Below, in pieces: positions 1 through 8,219 of a stretch of DNA of 32,000 nucleotides. Source of the DNA: Nanopusillaceae archaeon. Its GTDB lineage: Archaea > Nanobdellota > Nanobdellia > Nanobdellales > Nanobdellaceae. The notes beneath the pieces are model-generated. The model searched no databases. It was given only the letters and a program-made list of their open reading frames with translations, and was not told where the DNA came from. Location: positions 1-32,000 of the forward strand of contig JBMFJD010000003.1 in assembly GCA_049974095.1 (NCBI GenBank), written 5' to 3'. The position numbers and the translations under genes are program-made. Each line of letters begins with the position of its first letter. Position 1 is the stretch's first letter.

Positions 1-4
1 AAAA

Positions 5-2449
5 TTAAGATCTTCCAATTCCAATCTTTTTCAATAATATTTTAATATTATCATTTACAACAAAAATAAAGAACAAACTATATATAACTACTATTAAATA
101 TTGATATATATTTATTGGAGTAACAATATACAATCCAAATAATGAAATTAATGAAGAAATTAATAAACCAAATATTGAAGATAATAGAAATGCTTTACCA
201 GGTCTTGATTTATAAAATCTATCATCTTCTCTAAATACATAAGGCATTAATAATCCAAAGAATACTATTGCAGTAAAGAAGAACGTATGTAGAACATGTA
301 TATTATTTATTTTTAATATATCCAATGCTATATACAATAATAACATTATTTCTGAGAAAGTAAATATACCCATTGTTCCTGCATATTTTACCAATTTTAA
401 TATATTCCACTTTTCTGGATTCTTAGATCCTCTCTCATTATCTGTAGATAGAGATATTGTTTGGAAATCTATTATAAAGAAAAATAATAAAACATCTATT
501 GATGATAAAATATATAGAGGTTTATGATATAATAATGAAAATATTAAAAATACAACCATTACAAATATTGCAATTTCAATTGTTTTATTTATTTTTGTTA
601 AAATCCAGGTAACAACTCTTTGATATACAGATCTTCCAATTTCTACTAAATTTACAATTCCTTGCAATCCTTCTACGGTTAATACTACAGATGCTGCAGA
701 TTTTGCTACATCTGCAGCATTATATACTGCAATACCAACTTCTGCTTGTCTTAATGCTGGAGAATCATTTACTCCATCTCCAGTCATTCCAACAATTTCT
801 TTTTTATCTTGTAATGCTTTTACAATATAATATTTATCTTCTGGATATATTTCTGCAAATATTTCAGAATTATCTATTATTTCTATTGCTTTTTGAGGAT
901 TTTCTTTTAATAATTTTCTTAATTCATTTCCAGATATTATTTTATTACTATCTAATCCTATTTGTCTTCCAATTTCTTTTGCAATTGGTAATGCATCTCC
1001 AGTTAGCATTTTTACTTTAATTCCCAGTTCTTTTAATCTTTTTATTAGTTCTGGTGTATCTTTTCTTGGTATATCATATAATGCAACCAATCCTACAGGT
1101 ATCCATTTATTATTTTCATTTATTGCAACTGCTAATGTTCTATATCCTTTTTCTGCAAATTCATCAACTATTTTTTGTATATCTTCAGGAATATTTATTT
1201 TACATAATTCATTAAATATTGTATTTACTGCACCTTTAGATACATAAAATATTTTATCATTATATCCAACTTTTGCTTCTGTTCTTCTAGTAGATGGATC
1301 AAATGGTTTAAATTCCAATATTTTATAGTCATTTTTATTTAAATTTAATTCCTCAAATTTATTTATAAATGCTAAATCTATTGGATCTGTATTTGCTTCT
1401 TCAGATGCTAATGTTCCATATAAAATTACATCATTTTCTTTATAATTATTTAATGGATAAATATCCGTAATTGTTAATTTATTATATGTTAATGTACCTG
1501 TTTTATCTGAACATAATGTTGTCATAGATGCTGCATCTTCTATTGCAGATAATCTTGTAATTAATGCTCCATTTCTTGCCATTTCATAAGATCCTACCGC
1601 CATTGAAACAGTTAACATTGCAGGTAAAGCAACAGGTACTGCAAATAATAATAAAGAAATAACTAAAGGAATAACATAGGATAATAGAAAATCTAATGAT
1701 GGATTATATAAATATGATAAAAATATTGTTATACCTCCAAAGATTAATACAATTATTAATAATGCTGTTACAACTTTCATTGTTATCTCTTCAATATGTA
1801 ATTTTGGTCTGGCAGTAGATACTAATTCTACAGTTTTACCAAAGTATGTATTTCTACCAGTTCTATATACTATACAATTTGCTTCTCCTCTTTTTATTAT
1901 TGACCCAGAATATATTACTTCTCCTTTTTTCTTATCCACAGTTAAAGATTCTCCTGTTAATATTGATTGATCTACATTTAATATATCGTCGGATATTATA
2001 ATACAATCTGCAGGAGAAATATCTCCAGCTCTTAATCTTATTATATCTCCAGGTACTAAATCTCCTGATTCAATTAATTTCCATTTTCCTTCTCTTAATA
2101 CCCTCGCCTGTATTTGTAATTTTTGTTTTAACAATTCCAATGCTTTGTTTGCTTTTTCTTCATGTATGTATCCAATTAATACATTAATAAATAATAAAGA
2201 AAAGACAATTATAGCATCTATATAATCATGAACAAATAAATAAAGTATAATAATTATTTCTAGCATAATTGAAGTAAAAGATTTGAATTTTTTCAAAAAT
2301 TTAATTATATTACTTTCTTTTTTTTCTTCTATAGAATTATATCCATATTTTTCTAATCTTTTTTTAACTTCTTCTTCTGATAAACCATAATTAATATCAA
2401 CATTCAATTCTTGGATAACTTTATTTATGTCAAAAGATTCTTCTTTCAT
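5..2449 (-). CDS. P-type cation-transporting ATPase, plasma-membrane H+-ATPase-like (type IIIA-like)
   Basis: 814-aa ORF. P-type signatures are present: LTGESLTV (TGES), phosphorylation site CSDKTGTLT, MLTGD, and hinge MTGDGVNDSPAL. The N-terminus LSEEEVKKRLEKYGYNSIEEKK resembles archaeal/fungal H+-ATPase-type enzymes. There are multiple hydrophobic segments. Confidence 0.85.
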   Translation of the reverse strand: MKEESFDINKVIQELNVDINYGLSEEEVKKRLEKYGYNSIEEKKESNIIKFLKKFKSFTSIMLEIIIILYLFVHDYIDAIIVFSLLFINVLIGYIHEEKANKALELLKQKLQIQARVLREGKWKLIESGDLVPGDIIRLRAGDISPADCIIISDDILNVDQSILTGESLTVDKKKGEVIYSGSIIKRGEANCIVYRTGRNTYFGKTVELVSTARPKLHIEEITMKVVTALLIIVLIFGGITIFLSYLYNPSLDFLLSYVIPLVISLLLFAVPVALPAMLTVSMAVGSYEMARNGALITRLSAIEDAASMTTLCSDKTGTLTYNKLTITDIYPLNNYKENDVILYGTLASEEANTDPIDLAFINKFEELNLNKNDYKILEFKPFDPSTRRTEAKVGYNDKIFYVSKGAVNTIFNELCKINIPEDIQKIVDEFAEKGYRTLAVAINENNKWIPVGLVALYDIPRKDTPELIKRLKELGIKVKMLTGDALPIAKEIGRQIGLDSNKIISGNELRKLLKENPQKAIEIIDNSEIFAEIYPEDKYYIVKALQDKKEIVGMTGDGVNDSPALRQAEVGIAVYNAADVAKSAASVVLTVEGLQGIVNLVEIGRSVYQRVVTWILTKINKTIEIAIFVMVVFLIFSLLYHKPLYILSSIDVLLFFFIIDFQTISLSTDNERGSKNPEKWNILKLVKYAGTMGIFTFSEIMLLLYIALDILKINNIHVLHTFFFTAIVFFGLLMPYVFREDDRFYKSRPGKAFLLSSIFGLLISSLISLFGLYIVTPINIYQYLIVVIYSLFFIFVVNDNIKILLKKIGIGRS

Positions 2450-2487
2450 AATCTTTAGTATACATCATGAAAAAATATAAAATTAAA

Positions 2488-2571
2488 CGCCGCGGGTGGG
2501 ATTTGAACCCACGCCCCCTTTCGGGGATCTGGTCTCAAGCCAGACCCCTTGGACCACTCGGGCACCGCGGC
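2488..2571 (-). tRNA. tRNA-Ser (anticodon UGA), class II with long variable arm, no intron, CCA not encoded
   Basis: The reverse complement folds as a cloverleaf. Acceptor stem is GCCGCGG/CCGCGGC plus discriminator G. D stem is CCC/GGG. Anticodon stem is UCUGG/CCAGA with loop CUUGAGA. The variable arm is CCCC-GAAA-GGGG and the T arm is GUGGG-UUCAAAU-CCCAC. Total 84 nt. It is the only strongly GC-rich island in the window. Confidence 0.9.
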
Positions 2572-2585
2572 ATATTTATAATTTC

Positions 2586-2894
2586 TTAATCTATCTTAAA
2601 ATATTTTGGTTTTAATAATTCTAATAACTCTTTTACTAATATGGATAAATCAAAATTATCTGAAGAAATATGTATAAAACAATAACTGATTCTTTCCCAA
2701 TAATGTAGTGTTAATAAAAATTTATCAGTTTCTAACAAAAAAGAAGAATATTTTCCATTTTCATCAATAATAATTTTCTTATTTTTAATATAAAATTTAT
2801 ATTTATCTAATAAATAATCAAAAAATTTATATATATCGGATTCTGAAAATAATATATTATTTTGTATATCTCTAAATATTGCTTTTACTTCCAT
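2586..2894 (-). CDS. hypothetical small protein (102 aa) immediately downstream of herA
   Basis: ORF whose start overlaps the herA 3' end by 23 nt on the same strand. I recognised no motif. Confidence 0.45.
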   Translation of the reverse strand: MEVKAIFRDIQNNILFSESDIYKFFDYLLDKYKFYIKNKKIIIDENGKYSSFLLETDKFLLTLHYWERISYCFIHISSDNFDLSILVKELLELLKPKYFKID

Positions 2895-4488
2895 AATTAA
2901 TTCTTTCTAATATTCTTTTATCAATATCTTCTTCTGTTCCCCCAACATCTACAGATTTTATTATCTTTAATATTGCAGGATTTTTAACTGCCAACCCGAC
3001 TACCAAACAATTTCCTGTTTCTAATTTTGTTAATGCTTCAAAATATTCTCTAGATAAATATGGACATGTTTTTCTAATAAATTCTAAATCTTTTGGATTA
3101 ATTATTTTTAATAAAATAAATGTATTTATTTGCGATATTATATCTTCCATTATACTTGAAGGTATTTGGGATACTAATATTAATCCCAATCCAAACTTTC
3201 TCCCTTCTCTTGCAATTAAAGATATTTTACTAGATACTTCACTATTTTTAGATGCAAATCTATGTGCTTCTTCAATTACAATTCCCAAAATATCTGTTTT
3301 ATTATTAAATTTCCATTCTTTATATTTTTCATACAATTTTTCCAATACAATATCTAATAATATTCTTTGTTCTTCAATTGATAATGGATATAAATCAAAT
3401 ATTACAATATGTGGATTAATATTGTCTTTTTCTTTTAATATTGGTTCTCCATTTTCATCATATCCTATTTCATAATTATTAAAATTCATTTCCCTTATTT
3501 TATCTAATAATTTATCAACTAATTCATCTATATTATCTCCAGTATCATCTAAATTTCTTGGAAATAGTTCCCAGTCTTTTATTCTTAATAACCTTGATTG
3601 TAAAGATCTTATTGTATCTTCTTTATAATGACTAAATATTTCAGAGGGTTCTTTTTTATTTATCATATCAAATAATTGGCCCATAAACTTTGGATCTTTA
3701 GATAATAATTTTGATAATAATGAGAATACATTTGATGCCTGTTTTCCAGATATTCCCAAAAATTCTTCCATATAATCTCTTATATAATTTAATTTTACTT
3801 TTCCTACAAATACCTTTACTTTTTTATTTCTTTCAAATGCTAATTTTTCAATAAATTCTTTTTCTCTTTTACTAAATGTAATAATTATTGCATTATCATA
3901 TGACAAAATATAATCTCTATGAACATCAAATAAAAATATTGGTATATTCTTCTTATTTAATTCATTTACAATATGTGCAACTGTAGTACTTTTTCCAGAT
4001 CCAGTTATTCCAAATATTCCAGTATGTCTTATTATTAAATTTTTAATATTTAAACTTACAATAAATTCTTTATCCTGTAGATATATTTTTCCCAATGGGA
4101 TTAATATTCTTGGATCTTCAAATGAATATATCTTATATATTTCATCCTCATCTGGTAAAAATACAATATCTCCAGGAATTGGAGGAGTCTTTGGTTTTTC
4201 AGAATATATTTTTCCATCTTTTATTACTCCAATAAATATAGCTTTTCCAATTATTAAATATTGAGCCTTTTGCATTTTTCCATATAGTAATTCTATTGCC
4301 TCATAATCAAATAATCTTTCTTCTTCAATTGCTTCAGATCTTAAATCTTCAATTATTGCAAAATAATAATAATCTCCAATTTTTACTTTTACAATACTTC
4401 CAATACCAATTTTATATCTTTCATTTGAATCAACAACAAAATAAAAATACTCTGAAGTTGCCTCTTTTACAATATATCCAATTTTCAT
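2872..4488 (-). CDS. herA: HerA-type (DUF87/FtsK-like) hexameric DNA helicase/ATPase
   Basis: Walker A is GIFGITGSGKSTTV and the Walker B-like motif is LGIVIEEAHRF. The N-terminal barrel-like region starts at MKIGYIVKEATSEYFYFVV. I place the start at the internal ATG at 4488. The 48 codons the ORF caller adds upstream are low-complexity and would run into the divergent uS13 gene. Confidence 0.8.
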   Translation of the reverse strand: MKIGYIVKEATSEYFYFVVDSNERYKIGIGSIVKVKIGDYYYFAIIEDLRSEAIEEERLFDYEAIELLYGKMQKAQYLIIGKAIFIGVIKDGKIYSEKPKTPPIPGDIVFLPDEDEIYKIYSFEDPRILIPLGKIYLQDKEFIVSLNIKNLIIRHTGIFGITGSGKSTTVAHIVNELNKKNIPIFLFDVHRDYILSYDNAIIITFSKREKEFIEKLAFERNKKVKVFVGKVKLNYIRDYMEEFLGISGKQASNVFSLLSKLLSKDPKFMGQLFDMINKKEPSEIFSHYKEDTIRSLQSRLLRIKDWELFPRNLDDTGDNIDELVDKLLDKIREMNFNNYEIGYDENGEPILKEKDNINPHIVIFDLYPLSIEEQRILLDIVLEKLYEKYKEWKFNNKTDILGIVIEEAHRFASKNSEVSSKISLIAREGRKFGLGLILVSQIPSSIMEDIISQINTFILLKIINPKDLEFIRKTCPYLSREYFEALTKLETGNCLVVGLAVKNPAILKIIKSVDVGGTEEDIDKRILERINYGSKSNI

Positions 4489-4538
4489 ATCTATGTATTT
4501 ATAATATATTTTTAAACATTTTTTATCTAAATATTTTA

Positions 4539-5054
4539 ATGCCAGGCGCATTGAAGATGATAATACCTGAAGGAAGTAATATAAAAGATGTAGTACGTAT
4601 TGCTGGAGTAGAATTAAATGGACATAAATCATTAGCTATAGAGCTAAGAAAAATACCTGGAGTAAATTGGAGATTTGCACATGCTGTATGTTATGTTTTA
4701 GGAATAAATAAGTGGCAAGTTTTAGGATCTTTAACTGATGAACAATTAGAAAAATTAGAAGATTGTTTAAAAAATCCACAAAAATATGGAATACCATCTT
4801 GGTTACTTAATAGAAGAAAGGATCCTATAGATGGAAAAGATAAACATCTAGTAGGATCTGATTGGGAAATACAAGTTAAATTTGATATAAAGAGAGAAAT
4901 AGAATTAGGAACATGGAAAGGAGGCAGACACTCATATGGATTACCTGTAAGAGGACAAAAAACAAGATCTCATCATAGAAAAGGAAGAACAGTAGGAGTA
5001 GTAAAGAACAGAGAATTAAGGCAACAACAACAAAAACAAGAAAATAAACAATAA
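4539..5054 (+). CDS. rps13: 30S ribosomal protein uS13
   Basis: [10 protein letters not shown]...[17 protein letters not shown]...DKHLVGSD...[16 protein letters not shown] matches the archaeal S13 pattern. Start taken at MPGALK (4539). ATG 4557 (MIIPEG) is an alternative. The upstream part of the 252-aa ORF is Q/L/N low-complexity. Confidence 0.85.
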   Translation: MPGALKMIIPEGSNIKDVVRIAGVELNGHKSLAIELRKIPGVNWRFAHAVCYVLGINKWQVLGSLTDEQLEKLEDCLKNPQKYGIPSWLLNRRKDPIDGKDKHLVGSDWEIQVKFDIKREIELGTWKGGRHSYGLPVRGQKTRSHHRKGRTVGVVKNRELRQQQQKQENKQ

Positions 5055-5055
5055 A

Positions 5056-5616
5056 ATGTGGAGACATAAAAAACTTTGGGAAGGACCAACCCATCCTTGG
5101 CAAAAAGATAGAATAGAAGAAGAAAGAGAATTAATAAAAATATATGGACTAAAAAATAAAAGAGAAATATGGAAAGCAGAGACAATTGCTAGAAAAATAA
5201 GATTTTATGTAAGATACTTAAATGCTAAAAAAGCTGCAGGATTCGATGTATCAAAAGAAGAAGAGAAATTAAAGGCAAGATTAGTAAAGTTAAAATTGTT
5301 AAATCCTAATTCAGATATAACAGAAGCTTTAAATATTACTGTAAGAGATATATTAGAGAGAAGATTACAAACAATTGTATATAGAAAAGGATTGGCTAGA
5401 ACAATAAAACAGGCTAGACAATTAATTGTACATAGACATATTATAGTAGGTAATAAAGTAATTTCATCTCCAAGTTATTTAGTAAGAGCTGATGAAGAAG
5501 ATAAGATAAATTATAACCCATATTCAGAAATAAATAAAGATAAAATATTTGGAAAAGTATTTCAGGAACAAAACAATCAATCAGCCGTACAGGAAACTAA
5601 CCACCCTTCTCAATAA
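5056..5616 (+). CDS. rps4: 30S ribosomal protein uS4
   Basis: The N-terminus has [19 protein letters not shown]...[11 protein letters not shown], and the S4 domain has [28 protein letters not shown]. Confidence 0.85.
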   Translation: MWRHKKLWEGPTHPWQKDRIEEERELIKIYGLKNKREIWKAETIARKIRFYVRYLNAKKAAGFDVSKEEEKLKARLVKLKLLNPNSDITEALNITVRDILERRLQTIVYRKGLARTIKQARQLIVHRHIIVGNKVISSPSYLVRADEEDKINYNPYSEINKDKIFGKVFQEQNNQSAVQETNHPSQ

Positions 5617-5910
5617 TCCTTTCTTCTTTTTCTTCTTCTTTTTAACTCTTTTTAATATTTTATTTAATTTTGTTATATTTTTATTTAATAATATTATAGA
5701 AAAATTGAATTGTTTCATTGTTTCTACTTGATTTTTTAATTCGCTTATATATTGATTTAATTCAGATAAATTATAAGGAACCTCCTCTTGTAATTTTATA
5801 TATTCTATTCCTTTCTTCAATATATCTTTTATATTATATCCTTTTTCTTTGAGTTTCTCCAATTCATCTTTTATATCACCAATATAAATTGTAGTAGTAT
5901 CCTTACTCAT
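5581..5910 (-). CDS. hypothetical small protein, possibly ribbon-helix-helix plus coiled coil, with a C-terminal Lys8 tract
   Basis: 109-aa ORF. The N-terminus [33 protein letters not shown] has a strand-helix-helix look. The tail [12 protein letters not shown] is encoded by the complement of a polypyrimidine run. Its 3' end overlaps the uS4 3' end by 36 nt. Confidence 0.4.
   Translation of the reverse strand: MSKDTTTIYIGDIKDELEKLKEKGYNIKDILKKGIEYIKLQEEVPYNLSELNQYISELKNQVETMKQFNFSIILLNKNITKLNKILKRVKKKKKKKKGLLRRVVSFLYG
5617..5657 (+). terminator. T-rich polypyrimidine tract directly after the uS4 stop codon; candidate archaeal oligo-T terminator
   Basis: tcctttcttctttttcttcttctttttaactcttttt begins 1 nt after the uS4 TAA. 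Archaeal termination commonly uses oligo-T runs. The same bases encode the Lys tract of the opposite-strand ORF. Confidence 0.3.
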
Positions 5911-5948
5911 CTAAATAAATAGTATTCTATAGCTTATATAATATACTG

Positions 5949-6010
5949 AAAAATTTTATAAATAGTGTATATAAATCTTTTCTTAATTTTTATAAATAGA
6001 CTTTGTTATA
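5949..6010. repeat. copy 1 of an imperfect ~60-bp direct repeat carrying two TATA-like boxes
   Basis: aaaaattttataaatagtgtatataaatcttttcttaatttttataaatagac shares the blocks tttataaatag, tatataaa, ttaa and ttataaata, in the same order, with 6162-6222. Confidence 0.45.
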
Positions 6011-6161
6011 TCTAATATATAATTAAAAATTTTAGGATTATTCGACGTTAATAAATACCACCATAAAAAAGTTATCCTAATATATATCAAAATTTGTTCT
6101 AGATTATTTATAAAGAAAAATGTTTTACCTAATAGGTACTCCTATTATATTTCTGATATAT

Positions 6162-6222
6162 AAAATTTATAAATAGAATATATAAAGATTTCTGATTAAG
6201 CTTATAAATATATATTTATGTC
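6162..6222. repeat. copy 2 of the imperfect ~60-bp direct repeat carrying two TATA-like boxes
   Basis: aaaatttataaatagaatatataaagatttctgattaagcttataaatatatattt has the same ordered blocks as 5949-6010. Both copies are preceded by a ctga-containing stretch. Confidence 0.45.
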
Positions 6223-6289
6223 GCATAATCTTTACTTCTTTATAAATTTTTCCTTATTTTTTTATAACTATATTTATTATAAATAAAAA

Positions 6290-7303
6290 ATGGTTGAATA
6301 TTGTAAGTTACCTTATGAAAATGAAAAATATGAAATTATTGTTAAAAGAGAAGAAGAGACAGATGAAAAATATGGGTATGATCCTTGGAAAAGACCTATA
6401 GATAAATTACTAAATTTCTCAATAATAAATTTAGATAAACCAAAAGGTCCAACTTCCCATCAAGTATCTGGATGGATAAAAAATATTTTAGGAAAGAAAG
6501 CAGGTCATTCTGGAACATTAGATCCAAAAGTTACTGGAGTTTTACCAATTGGAATTGGGAGAGGTACAAAAACATTAAGATTATTATTAACTGCAGGAAA
6601 AGAATATATTGCTTGGATGCATATACATAGTGATGTTGATGAAAATAAGGTATATGAAGTATTAAAACAATTTGAGGGAAAAATAATACAAAAGCCGCCA
6701 TTAAAGTCTGCTGTAAAAAAGGTTCCAAGAGAAAGAAATGTATATTGCATAAAAGTATTGGAAGTAGATGGAAGAGACTGGTTATTACAGATAGCAACAG
6801 AAGCAGGAGTTTATATTAGAAAATTAATAGATGATATTGGAAAGAAATTAGGAACAAAAGCACATATGCAACAACTAAGAAGAATAAGAGTTGGAGAATT
6901 AAAGGAAGATTCTGAAAAATATCCATTAGTAACATTACAAGATATTGTAGATTCTATATGGTTTTGGAAAAATGAAGGAAATGAAAAATATTTAAGGAAA
7001 GTATTTTTACCTGCAGAAATTTTTTCAGAACATTTAAAGAAAATATGGATAGTAGATACTGCAGTTAATGCAATTGCATATGGAGCAAATTTAACAGTAA
7101 AGGGCATATCAAAATTATATTCAAATATAAAGGAAGGAGATATTGTCGCAATATATACATTAAAAAATGAATTAGTTGCTGTAGGAAATGCCCTGATGGA
7201 TTCAAATAAAATTTTAAATTCTGAGCAAGGAATTGCTGTAGATGTAGAAAGAGTATTTATTGAAAGGGACCTATATCCAAAAACCTGGAAATCAAAACAA
7301 TGA
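6290..7303 (+). CDS. cbf5: H/ACA RNP pseudouridine synthase Cbf5 (TruB family with C-terminal PUA domain)
   Basis: TruB catalytic motif GHSGTLDPKVTGVLPIGIGRGTK. The N-terminus has YGYDPWKRPI...IINLDKPKGPTSH. The C-terminal PUA-like region has VNAIAYGANLTVKGI...GDIVAIYTLKNELVAVG. Confidence 0.9.
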   Translation: MVEYCKLPYENEKYEIIVKREEETDEKYGYDPWKRPIDKLLNFSIINLDKPKGPTSHQVSGWIKNILGKKAGHSGTLDPKVTGVLPIGIGRGTKTLRLLLTAGKEYIAWMHIHSDVDENKVYEVLKQFEGKIIQKPPLKSAVKKVPRERNVYCIKVLEVDGRDWLLQIATEAGVYIRKLIDDIGKKLGTKAHMQQLRRIRVGELKEDSEKYPLVTLQDIVDSIWFWKNEGNEKYLRKVFLPAEIFSEHLKKIWIVDTAVNAIAYGANLTVKGISKLYSNIKEGDIVAIYTLKNELVAVGNALMDSNKILNSEQGIAVDVERVFIERDLYPKTWKSKQ

Positions 7304-7944
7304 AATATATATTAGGAATCGATGAAGCTGGTAGAGGACCTGTGATTGGTCCTATGGTTATTGCTGGATATTGTATTGAAGAAAATAATATAGAAAAGTT
7401 AAAAGAAATTGGAGTAAAAGATTCAAAAGAATTAACAAGAAAAGAAAGAGAGGAAATATATGAAGAAATAATAAAAATTGCACATAAATATAAATATATA
7501 ATTATTAATCCTAAAACAATAGATTATTATGTTTACGATAATAGATTAAATTATTTAGAATTTGAAAATATGATTAAAATAATTGAAGAAATAAAGCCAA
7601 ATAAAGTAATAATTGATTCTCCTTTAAGAAATACAAAAAAAGTTCTAGAATATTTTAAAAATAAAATAAAAAATATTGAAATAATTGCAGAAAATAAGGC
7701 TGATAAAAATTATCCTGTAGTATCTGCAGCATCAATTATTGCAAAAGTTATAAGAGATTGGGAAATAGATAAAATAGAAGAAAAAATAAATATTGATTTT
7801 GGATCTGGATATCCATCTGATGAAAGAACAATTAAAGCATTAAAAGAGAATTATGATAAATTGAAAGATTATGTTAGAGAATCTTGGTTTACTATTAAAA
7901 AAATTAAGGAAAATAAGCAAAAAAGTATAAAAGATTTTTTATAA
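7300..7944 (+). CDS. rnhB: ribonuclease HII
   Basis: GIDEAGRGPVIGPMVIAG, KDSKELT and SAASIIAKVIRD match RNase HII motifs. The start overlaps the cbf5 stop (ATGA). Confidence 0.85.
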   Translation: MKYILGIDEAGRGPVIGPMVIAGYCIEENNIEKLKEIGVKDSKELTRKEREEIYEEIIKIAHKYKYIIINPKTIDYYVYDNRLNYLEFENMIKIIEEIKPNKVIIDSPLRNTKKVLEYFKNKIKNIEIIAENKADKNYPVVSAASIIAKVIRDWEIDKIEEKINIDFGSGYPSDERTIKALKENYDKLKDYVRESWFTIKKIKENKQKSIKDFL

Positions 7945-8163
7945 TAGTTGCTTTAATTCATAGGGTTTCCATCCTAAGCTTTTTCTAAATTCATTTATAT
8001 TTTCTATTGCTTTTCTCTTTTCCTCAATAGGCATATCTTTTTTATGTAATACACCTATAAATAATGCATATAACCTTGCATTAATTACCTTAGGACTTAA
8101 CCCATAATCTAAATCTTCTTTTAATTCATCCAATATTTCTTTTACTTGTTCTGAATTTTCCAA
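7939..8163 (-). CDS. hypothetical small protein (74 aa); only a TTG start is available
   Basis: The ORF begins at TTG. The frame stays open upstream to 8238 with no ATG or GTG. No motif recognised. It lies directly downstream of the KaiC-like relic. Confidence 0.3.
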   Translation of the reverse strand: MENSEQVKEILDELKEDLDYGLSPKVINARLYALFIGVLHKKDMPIEEKRKAIENINEFRKSLGWKPYELKQLL

Positions 8164-8219
8164 TCCTTTTCCATTAAAATCTTTTACTTTTCTTCCTAGA
8201 TATAATTTTCCTTTCTCTA

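Noticed and set aside
691-1020. 109-aa plus-strand ORF inside the P-type ATPase gene. The same applies to the other short nested or antisense ORFs, for example 6505-7107, 8431-8683, 9463-9681, 12263-12538, 21376-21600, 21941-22297, 24583-24771, 25348-25548, 25890-26123, 27096-27446, 29950-30198 and 31717-31902.
   Set aside because: All are L/F/I/Y-rich low-complexity translations embedded in genes with strong motif support on the other strand or frame.
4296-4538. N-terminal 81-codon extension of the rps13 ORF.
   Set aside because: It is Q/L/N-rich nonsense that lies antisense to herA coding sequence. Homology to uS13 begins only after the internal Met codons.
4489-4632. N-terminal 48-codon extension of the herA ORF as called by the ORF track.
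   Set aside because: The extension ([20 protein letters not shown]...) is low-complexity and would overlap the rps13 start region. The HerA barrel domain begins cleanly at the internal MKIGYIV.
6218-6286. 22-codon ORF (MSHNLYFFINFSLFFYNYIYYK) ending 3 nt before the cbf5 ATG; a possible upstream ORF.
   Set aside because: It is too short and compositionally trivial to support. It overlaps the TATA-like box that most plausibly drives cbf5, so it would probably not be transcribed with it.
5911-6289. A C/D-box or H/ACA guide RNA, or a split-tRNA half, in the long gap.
   Set aside because: I found no RUGAUGA C box paired with the CUGA occurrences and no ACA box correctly spaced after a pocket hairpin. 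There is also no GC-rich helix of the kind the tRNA shows. It is kept only as an untested hypothesis in the findings.
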